Part shown: piece after piece, positions 7,401 to 13,987 of the stretch | Layout of the letters: each line of letters begins with the position of its first letter | Position numbering within the stretch: the stretch's first letter is position 1 | Origin: an uncultured virus (IMG/VR IMGVR_UViG_3300032300_000143) | Lineage: Duplodnaviria > Heunggongvirae > Uroviricota > Caudoviricetes | DNA length: 20,000 bases | IMG/VR virus record: IMGVR_UViG_3300032300_000143 | Direction: 5' to 3' (one strand) | The notes under the pieces: model-generated | Told to the model about the DNA's origin: nothing | Database searches by the model: none | What the model saw: the letters and a program-made list of their open reading frames with translations, nothing else | Position numbers and translations under genes: made by a program

Positions 7401-8369
7401 TTATCTACGTTGCTCACTGAGTACATCGTACATTTCAAATGTACCGCCCATGCGCTCATAGACCATACCAGCATAAACGTCAGCCTTCATGCCTTCTCCG
7501 ATTTTTGTTCTAGCAACACGCTGAGCCCAAGCCCATAATTGATTGTCGACTGGATCAATCTGTTGTTGTCCGCCACTTTCAACAACCAATGCCATCATTT
7601 CTTTGAATGATAAATTTGTTTCTATACTTTCTTTTACTGCTTGCTTTTTGCCTTTTGGTATTATCTTGCCTTCGGTCTTCTTGGCAATGGCTTTCTGTAG
7701 ACCAGGAGGAAGTTTTTTCTGCTTGTCTGAAAGACCTTTTTTATCTGTGGGCTTGTTATCACCTTTGTCGCCAGCAGCTTTTTTCATTGGTTCTTTTTTG
7801 TCACCGTCTTTGTCAAGATCTAAGAAGTCTGGCTTAGCACCTTCTTCCATTTTCTTTTTCTTATCGGCTTTCTTTTTGTCAGCCTCTTCTTTCTTGGCTT
7901 CGACCATTTTCATGAACTTGCTTTTGAATTCTGGCTCAACGCTTTCTACTTTCTTGCCATCTTTAACACGAGTCACCGAACCCTTGCCGTATTTTTTTTC
8001 ATAGTCCTTGCTGTCTTTGTCATGGGCTTTATCTGCTGCCTTATCTGCTGCCTTATCTGCTGCACTTTGTGATTTAGCTTGACTCTTAGGTTCAGTGTGT
8101 GGTTCATCGCTGAAGCGATTGGGATTCTCTTTGTGTTTAGTTACACCTTTTGTTGAACGATCAATAGTCCCACCAGTAGACGATTTTTCTTCTTTAACAT
8201 CTTCTTCTTTCTTTTTCTTGGCTTCAGCAACATAGGTTGTTTGGCCAGCTAGTACACGAAGTTGTGCATCTTCGTTGAGTTGCACAGCTTTGTCTAATAC
8301 AGGTGGTGCAGGAGTTGTCGGTGGTGCTTCCATTCCGTCAAGTTTGCTTAGTATTGCTTTAAAGTCCAT
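7401..8369 (-). CDS. Highly charged probable internal head/prohead core protein with a DxDxDG motif
   Basis: Lys/Glu/Asp-rich; many LNE/VAE/VKE/MVE/MEE sites; KPDFLDLDKDGDKKEPM; (ADKA)n repeat. Confidence 0.7.
   Translation of the reverse strand: MDFKAILSKLDGMEAPPTTPAPPVLDKAVQLNEDAQLRVLAGQTTYVAEAKKKKEEDVKEEKSSTGGTIDRSTKGVTKHKENPNRFSDEPHTEPKSQAKSQSAADKAADKAADKAHDKDSKDYEKKYGKGSVTRVKDGKKVESVEPEFKSKFMKMVEAKKEEADKKKADKKKKMEEGAKPDFLDLDKDGDKKEPMKKAAGDKGDNKPTDKKGLSDKQKKLPPGLQKAIAKKTEGKIIPKGKKQAVKESIETNLSFKEMMALVVESGGQQQIDPVDNQLWAWAQRVARTKIGEGMKADVYAGMVYERMGGTFEMYDVLSEQRR
8029..8063. repeat. 12-bp tandem repeat, about 3 copies (TTATCTGCTGCC), encoding (ADKA)n
   Basis: Copies at 8029-8040 and 8041-8052, plus an 11-nt partial copy at 8053-8063. 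Confidence 0.9.
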
Positions 8370-8370
8370 T

Positions 8371-8682
8371 TTAGTTTCCTTGATTTTTTCTGTTCAGCCA
8401 CTGGTCTTTGAGGCTTTGTTTAACTTCGTTTTGTAGAGATTCTTCAAAGTCTCTAGGTCCCGATTCGATTTGACTAGCTGCCATTTTTTCATATTCCATA
8501 TAATGATATACAGAACTAATATAATCAGCAGCTTTGGTAATTTTTGATTGTACCCAACCATCTAATTCATCGTTTTCTCCGATCAGCTTAAACAATTTGG
8601 CAGAATACTGATTCAGCTTGTAAAGCTCAGCTCTAGCCATTTTGGCTTCGTGATCGTCAACTGGTTGTTTTTCTAGGTCCAT
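8371..8682 (-). CDS. Hypothetical protein, probable late/virion protein
   Basis: 103 aa, DHEAKMARAEL...GWVQSKITKAADYI; TAAATA lies 4 nt before the ATG. Confidence 0.8.
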   Translation of the reverse strand: MDLEKQPVDDHEAKMARAELYKLNQYSAKLFKLIGENDELDGWVQSKITKAADYISSVYHYMEYEKMAASQIESGPRDFEESLQNEVKQSLKDQWLNRKNQGN

Positions 8683-8686
8683 ATTA

Positions 8687-8692
8687 TATTTA
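8687..8692 (-). promoter_or_regulatory. T4-like late promoter core (TAAATA)
   Basis: Minus strand GATAAATA-TAAT-ATG; the motif includes the upstream stop codon; no SD. Confidence 0.55.
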
Positions 8693-8872
8693 TCTTCTTA
8701 TAATGGATTCACCGGAAGCCTTAGACTTCTTTTTAGTGGTTTTATTCTGTTTAAAACTGCCGCCAAACAGTGTACCTACAGTAGGGCCGAAACCCCCTTT
8801 GATCAAAGTGGCTCCCATGCCGGCACTTGTAGCACCTGCTGTAGCTGTTTCTAAAAGTTCTTTGATTTTCAT
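8690..8872 (-). CDS. Small probable internal head protein
   Basis: N-terminus MKIKELLE (capsid-targeting-like) followed by TATAGATSAG; basic C-terminus. Confidence 0.7.
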   Translation of the reverse strand: MKIKELLETATAGATSAGMGATLIKGGFGPTVGTLFGGSFKQNKTTKKKSKASGESIIRR

Positions 8873-8876
8873 ACTC

Positions 8877-9215
8877 TTATTTATTTTTCTTAGCGCGACC
8901 CGCTTTCATGTTAGCTAGCCAGTGTGCTAGTTGCCCTTTACGACCGCCCTGTTTAGCAGTCTTACGCAAGCTGCTTACACTAGCTTTGGTATTAATACCG
9001 TGACGTTTACTGTCGCCTTTATCTTGTGGATTACGGCCATCGGCAAAGTTTTCGTGCTCAATGCTTTCCCCACCACCGCCACCATCTCCAAACCCACCAT
9101 CTCCACTGTAGCCAGCATAGTATCCGTAGCCACCGTAAGGTCCGGGACCGTAAGCAGCCCAGCGAGGTTTACGCTTGCGTTTTTTTCTTTCAACTATGAA
9201 TTCTGCAGCTCTCAT
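8877..9215 (-). CDS. Probable internal head protein, Gly/Tyr-rich and basic
   Basis: [10 protein letters not shown]-terminus, RKKRKRKPR patch, [12 protein letters not shown]...GGGGGE tract, second module from [13 protein letters not shown]. Confidence 0.75.
   Translation of the reverse strand: MRAAEFIVERKKRKRKPRWAAYGPGPYGGYGYYAGYSGDGGFGDGGGGGESIEHENFADGRNPQDKGDSKRHGINTKASVSSLRKTAKQGGRKGQLAHWLANMKAGRAKKNK
8878..8883 (-). promoter_or_regulatory. T4-like late promoter core (TAAATA)
   Basis: Minus strand AATAAATA-AGAGT-ATG(8872). Confidence 0.55.
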
Positions 9216-9571
9216 TCGTGAAATTGATGATCGTCTTGGTAATTGTCTGCTATTGAAAAACTACTGCCGCAACCGCAGGTTGTTTCAGCATTGGGATTTG
9301 TTATCACAAACTGACTGCCTGATAGGTCTTCTTTGTAATCGATGCTGGCTCCCTGCAAGTATTGCATGCTCATGGCATCAATCAATACTATGAAATTGCC
9401 TACAGAAATTTCAAAGTCATCGGCATTTTGTTCTTCATCAAGAGTAAATCCGTAACTCATCCCACTGCAACCGCCACCTTGAACAAATGTACGAAGTTTG
9501 ATATTTGAATTGTTTTCTTCACTAAGAATATCCGTAATTTTGAATTGAGCATTTTCTGTAATTGTAATCAT
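9212..9571 (-). CDS. erpA: A-type Fe-S cluster carrier (ErpA/IscA, HesB family)
   Basis: [42 protein letters not shown]; all three conserved Cys present. Confidence 0.9.
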   Translation of the reverse strand: MITITENAQFKITDILSEENNSNIKLRTFVQGGGCSGMSYGFTLDEEQNADDFEISVGNFIVLIDAMSMQYLQGASIDYKEDLSGSQFVITNPNAETTCGCGSSFSIADNYQDDHQFHE

Positions 9572-9768
9572 ATTGGTTTTTCTCCGGTTAGGTACGGTAA
9601 ACTAAACCACAATTGAAACCATTCTGGCGTGCCTGGTTTGATATTGTGTTTTTTCATCAGCTTACCTTTTTCATTGCCTGTAATACTTATATTGCTGCCG
9701 TCGTAGAGTTGATAGCCTTTGAATTCATTAATGCCTGCTAATCTTTTAATCTGTTCCAGCTCATCCAT
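9568..9768 (-). CDS. Small hypothetical protein, probable late/virion protein
   Basis: 66 aa; [33 protein letters not shown]; coupled to its neighbours. Confidence 0.75.
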   Translation of the reverse strand: MDELEQIKRLAGINEFKGYQLYDGSNISITGNEKGKLMKKHNIKPGTPEWFQLWFSLPYLTGEKPI

Positions 9769-9769
9769 A

Positions 9770-11023
9770 TCACATTCCGCCGCCTACCAGGTCTCCTGGT
9801 TTAGTTGGTTTGTTTTTCTTAGCACCATCATTGCGCCACTGACCTGCTGGTCCTTCCTTGTGTCCAACCTTGGCGCCAGCAAACATCGAGCCTTCGCCTA
9901 CCTTGCTGTCCATTTGCTTTAATAAGTCTTGTGCTTTTTCTACACTGATCATAAATCGTCCGGTTCTATCAGGATTCGCAGCTTTTTGTAGATACTCTTT
10001 ATTGTAACCTTTTGGTGCTTCTGCTTTTGCAGAAGCGTTATCAGTTGCTTGTTGTGTTGCTGTAGGTTTTAATCCACCAGTGTAGCCACCTTGCCCATCA
10101 GGTGTAACTCTAGCCTGCGCACTACCTGCACCGAATGCCATAGCCCCTGCTAGTCCAGCAGCAGCAGCACCTTGTTTAATCCCTTTCCAACTAACTTCAT
10201 CTAAACTTTCTGTAGCTGTTTCGCCTGTAATAGAAACGGTCCATTGTTTGCCAGTAGCTGCTGATTTTTTAACGGCCCAATCCTTTAGCTGTTGATAGTG
10301 AGCCTGTTCACGTTGATCGTCTGCATACTGACCGCGACCTTTAAATACTTTCCACTTCTTACCGTTAATATAAACAGCAAAGTTGTTAGGCGGCTCTGTA
10401 TTGCCTTCGTCCCAATCTTCAGGATCTCTTACTCTTTCTGCCACACCTTGGCTTTTTTGTGCTTTTTCTGCTGCAGAAATAGTGCGCCATAGGTTATTCA
10501 TTGGCCCTTCCATACTACGAGCTTCGCGTTCGCGATCTGTTAAATTCTGTTCACGATCGGCATACTGCCAATTGCTTCCACCTAACGATTTGTACTGTGC
10601 CTTCATGCGTTCGTACTCTGCCTTTAATTCTGGCAGTTTGGCAATATTATCCGCCATCTGTTTGTCAGCAGCGGTCTTACGTGCAACTTCGTCCCTAGCC
10701 TTCAATCGATTCAGACCTCGTTCTCTTTTATTGAAAGTAGCTAGATCTTTGGCTTTTTTCTCTGGGTCGTTGTTAAACATTGCACCCATTTGACTCTGCG
10801 CTTTTTGCATTGCAGCTTTCTTACGATAGTCACCTAGACTAACTTCGTGCAGTGCAGATTCCATAGTAGCAATTTCTTTTTTGTGTTTAACGTCGCCTTG
10901 CTTCTCGGCTTTCTTCTTGTCTTTGTGTTGGCCAGCTTTGCCAGCCAGCGAAGCATTTTTAGCCACAAAGTTTCGAGGTTTTGATTCTTTTTTTAGTTCT
11001 ATAATAAATTCTTTTGCTTTCAT
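9770..11023 (-). CDS. Modular probable internal head polyprotein
   Basis: MKAKEFIIE N-terminus; basic modules separated by LHE, GVAE, LDE, VGE sites; internal hydrophobic AAAAGLAGAMAFGAGSAQA segment. Confidence 0.75.
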   Translation of the reverse strand: MKAKEFIIELKKESKPRNFVAKNASLAGKAGQHKDKKKAEKQGDVKHKKEIATMESALHEVSLGDYRKKAAMQKAQSQMGAMFNNDPEKKAKDLATFNKRERGLNRLKARDEVARKTAADKQMADNIAKLPELKAEYERMKAQYKSLGGSNWQYADREQNLTDREREARSMEGPMNNLWRTISAAEKAQKSQGVAERVRDPEDWDEGNTEPPNNFAVYINGKKWKVFKGRGQYADDQREQAHYQQLKDWAVKKSAATGKQWTVSITGETATESLDEVSWKGIKQGAAAAGLAGAMAFGAGSAQARVTPDGQGGYTGGLKPTATQQATDNASAKAEAPKGYNKEYLQKAANPDRTGRFMISVEKAQDLLKQMDSKVGEGSMFAGAKVGHKEGPAGQWRNDGAKKNKPTKPGDLVGGGM

Positions 11024-11631
11024 AATTGGCCTTCTTTTTCAATCCAAGGTTCAAGTCCTTGTCTAACCGCAGCAAAGACTTCATCGGCATCACTACCTAG
11101 TCCTGCCGGTAATCCTGTTTTAAACGATTCAAAGTCGTTCATAATAGCAGCAGCCCGCATCTTGCTTGCACTCATGCCTTCAGCACCTTCTGCATCGGGA
11201 TCTCTAGCACCGCTTGATACAATCTTGATTGATTTGAGATTGTAATCAACACCGTTTTGTTTATTGAACAATTCTGTAAATGCCGGCACACGATCTGAGC
11301 CGCATACAAAGATAACATTCTCAAAACCTTGTTTCTCTAAATTTTGAAGAATTCCAATAGCAGTACCTACTGATGTGTCACCAATATCAATATTAGGAAA
11401 TGCCTGTTGAATGAATCCCAGCTTAACATCAAAGGGCAACGGATTTTCATATCTTGTTTTGTTCTTGCCGGTTGGCTTATGAGTTTGGGACACAAATAGG
11501 AAATGAGCATCGGCCTTTTGTTTCAATATAGCATCAACTACCTTCTGATGGCCAATTGTGGGAGGATTCATTCTACCGAATGCAACGGCAGCAGTTTTTC
11601 CCGCCTGCTCAAATAGTTCTAAGAGTCTCAT
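11020..11631 (-). CDS. Cytidyltransferase-like (HIGH-motif) nucleotidyltransferase
   Basis: AFGRMNPPTIGH (HIGH-like), NPL, VCGSDR, GARDPDAEG-AEGMSASKMR; pattern known from T4-like phage cytidyltransferases. Confidence 0.85.
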   Translation of the reverse strand: MRLLELFEQAGKTAAVAFGRMNPPTIGHQKVVDAILKQKADAHFLFVSQTHKPTGKNKTRYENPLPFDVKLGFIQQAFPNIDIGDTSVGTAIGILQNLEKQGFENVIFVCGSDRVPAFTELFNKQNGVDYNLKSIKIVSSGARDPDAEGAEGMSASKMRAAAIMNDFESFKTGLPAGLGSDADEVFAAVRQGLEPWIEKEGQL

Positions 11632-11966
11632 TGGTCGTAGTCGCCTCTTTCCATATGCTTTTCTTGTTCATTAGCTATCATCTTGGCTAACTCTATCAGT
11701 TTTTCTTTAGGGAATTTATCTTCAGAGCTTTCAATTTCAAACTTTTCACAGTATGCTTCTTTACAAGATTCTAAAGGCCGTATATAAATTTTGTAGGCAT
11801 CGGGATGGCCTCGATACTCTTTATGACGATCTACAGCCGGAAAGAAATAATTTTTTAACACAGCATCGTCATTATCGATAAAGAATTTTAAGTCGTTGGT
11901 CCAGTCTACATCATCTTGTTCTGAAGTAGGTGCCCCTATTGCACTAAACATTTCTCTTAATAACAT
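11628..11966 (-). CDS. Hypothetical protein, probable late/virion protein
   Basis: Likely start MLLREMF at 11966 (TAATG coupling); 112 aa, acidic and helical. Confidence 0.75.
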   Translation of the reverse strand: MLLREMFSAIGAPTSEQDDVDWTNDLKFFIDNDDAVLKNYFFPAVDRHKEYRGHPDAYKIYIRPLESCKEAYCEKFEIESSEDKFPKEKLIELAKMIANEQEKHMERGDYDQ

Positions 11967-12889
11967 TACCAGCTCCTGCAACTCCAGTAACGGGCTTTGT
12001 GGCGCGGTCCTGGATTGGCACAATTGTGTCTAGCACGGAAACTTTTTCTACGTGCTGGATTTGATTTCTTAATACGCATTTTTTTATCGCCAAAGTTTAC
12101 CTTGACCACATTGCCCTGCGGATTTTTCACATATACTTTAGATTTCTTTACATCACCGGCCATCTTCTTGCCCAACTGAACTTCGCGACCTTGATATTTG
12201 GCTTCGTCTACATTACCTTCCGCTACACCTTTGTGTTCACCTGTTTTGGGATTTTCGTGATCACCAACTTTAACACCTTTTTTATAAACTTTCTTTCCTG
12301 TGCTTGGACTAATATAGTAATCGCCTTTGGCATCGTATCCGATACTTTTTATTTTGTATTTTGCACCACTGTTGCCTTCTGCCACACTTTCGTTCTTAGC
12401 TTTACCCTTGTGTGCTTTACTGAATCTATCTTTGAGAGCACCTAATTCTTCTTGACTTGCACCGTCACGAGCTGCTTGTGCAGCTTTAGTCATGTATTCT
12501 TTACCGTGTTTTTTAACTCCGGTATAGTATTGAAGACCACTTTCTTCTACTTCATCTTCTTTGATCTTTTCGCAATCGTTGACACGCTTGCCTGCGTTCT
12601 TGCCTGTGCCGGATTGTGTGCCAGTTTTTCTATAACCTTTCCAGCAGCTCTTAGGTCCAGCAACACCTTCTACAAGTTCACCTTCAAAAAATCGTACACC
12701 TTCGTTAGTCAGCATTTCTAAGGCAGTATCATCTAGTTCAACAACAATACCGTCTTCTAAAACTTCTACTATGTGAGTAGAAATTTCAAAATCAGGACTA
12801 AAACTGATACCAAATTCATCTCCAATTTCTAGTGTATTGGATTCTTCTAAATTTTCTAATGCAGATAATTTGTCTAAAAGGTCTCTCAT
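11966..12889 (-). CDS. Modular probable internal head polyprotein with a C-terminal RRKSFRARHNC...ARYWSC domain
   Basis: Start MRDLLDKL at 12889 (GGGGA RBS); CWKGY module; LVE/VEE/VAE/VDE junctions; basic Cys/His C-terminal domain seen in large DNA viruses. Confidence 0.75.
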   Translation of the reverse strand: MRDLLDKLSALENLEESNTLEIGDEFGISFSPDFEISTHIVEVLEDGIVVELDDTALEMLTNEGVRFFEGELVEGVAGPKSCWKGYRKTGTQSGTGKNAGKRVNDCEKIKEDEVEESGLQYYTGVKKHGKEYMTKAAQAARDGASQEELGALKDRFSKAHKGKAKNESVAEGNSGAKYKIKSIGYDAKGDYYISPSTGKKVYKKGVKVGDHENPKTGEHKGVAEGNVDEAKYQGREVQLGKKMAGDVKKSKVYVKNPQGNVVKVNFGDKKMRIKKSNPARRKSFRARHNCANPGPRHKARYWSCRSW

Positions 12890-12919
12890 AGTATTCCCCG
12901 AGGTAATACTATATTTATC
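12888..12919 (-). promoter_or_regulatory. Late promoter (TAAATA, 12912-12917) overlapping an RBS/start-sequestering hairpin
   Basis: Minus strand GATAAAT-ATAGTATT-ACCTCGGGG-AATACTAT-G: a perfect 8-bp stem encloses the RBS and the AT of ATG. Confidence 0.65.
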
Positions 12920-12931
12920 GCTTTGCAAATT

Positions 12932-13309
12932 TTAGTAATTATAACGAACTTGCGTTATTGTGCCTTCGATTAGTCTATAACCTAGACGAATCCAAACAAA
13001 ATTACCGGTAAAGTTACGTATTTCATTGGTTGCAAGTGGAGTACTGTCTAGTGATTCTAGGTTTTCTGCTGAATTGTCATAGATGACATCGACCCAATCA
13101 TTGTCTCCGGGGTAAAGTTCTAAAGAACCTTGTAGTTTAACTGATCCTTTGAAATTGTTAAATTCAAACATCACGGTATGCAGTCCACCATTCTTTCGAT
13201 GATAGCCCGCTCCTTTGAATTTATCAGTGAATACATAAGAAATTCCCGAAGTACCATCCCAGGTTTCGGTGCTAGTTGACGATAATAAAATAATGCTTTC
13301 AGTGGCCAT
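12932..13309 (-). CDS. Hypothetical beta-rich protein, probably structural
   Basis: 125 aa, strand-rich (GSVKLQGSL...NFTGNFVWIR); TAAATA lies 4 nt before the ATG. Confidence 0.75.
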   Translation of the reverse strand: MATESIILLSSTSTETWDGTSGISYVFTDKFKGAGYHRKNGGLHTVMFEFNNFKGSVKLQGSLELYPGDNDWVDVIYDNSAENLESLDSTPLATNEIRNFTGNFVWIRLGYRLIEGTITQVRYNY

Positions 13310-13987
13310 CTAGTATTTATCGACTACTATGCATTCATATACCTTACCTAGCACCTGTGAATCCCGCATTTTCAACATCAGCAACGTGTTTGCATCCTCA
13401 ACATACATATATCTTCGATCCCAATACCAATCAGTAGTTAAAAACCAAATTTTAACAGAATTAGAAATTAAAATTTTATCATTCTGGGTACCTAACCAAT
13501 TTATATATCTAATTTTAGAATCCTTATCTCCTTTAAGTTTGTGTGGAAGAAGATAAACTTTGTACCTGTATTTGCTATGAGGTAATTTTTTTGTTAGAAT
13601 AAAATCAGTATTTTCCAGCAGTTCTAAATTATTTCCTGTGGGTGCGTATCTATTTACGATAATGGATTCAAACTTTAATGATATTGTGTCAAATATATCT
13701 ACATTGTTTGCATACAGATCAATAGTATTAGCTTCAATGCGTTTGGCAAAGTCTTGCTGATTTAAACCTGATAAAAATGTAGTAAGCTCTAAAAAAGATA
13801 TTTTATTTTTTAGAGCTTTGTGATGCGAAGAAAAAACACTCTTAGTGTATGTTGTCGGACTCTTAAGAAAATTAATGGTTTCATTATATCCAAGTAGTCT
13901 ATACAAAGACACACCCGGGCAAAACAGTGTGATTTTGTACAACCACTTGTTGTAAAATTTTTTCTTGGTAAGTTTAGGTTTCTGCAT
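13310..13987 (-). CDS. Hypothetical protein, AT-rich, possibly with an internal two-domain duplication
   Basis: Likely start MQKPKL at 13987 overlapping the clpA end; KKFYNKWLYKITL and KKLPHSKYRYKVYL are similar segments. Confidence 0.75.
   Translation of the reverse strand: MQKPKLTKKKFYNKWLYKITLFCPGVSLYRLLGYNETINFLKSPTTYTKSVFSSHHKALKNKISFLELTTFLSGLNQQDFAKRIEANTIDLYANNVDIFDTISLKFESIIVNRYAPTGNNLELLENTDFILTKKLPHSKYRYKVYLLPHKLKGDKDSKIRYINWLGTQNDKILISNSVKIWFLTTDWYWDRRYMYVEDANTLLMLKMRDSQVLGKVYECIVVDKY
13314..13319 (-). promoter_or_regulatory. T4-like late promoter core (TAAATA)
   Basis: Minus strand GATAAATA-CTAG-ATG(13309); no SD. Confidence 0.55.

Noticed and set aside
13307..13312. The only TAG stop among called genes is directly followed by an in-frame ATG, suggesting amber recoding or read-through
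   Set aside because: Long genes (polymerase, ClpA, DpdA-like) have no internal TAG, so there is no sign of recoding; the TAAATA box explains an independent start.
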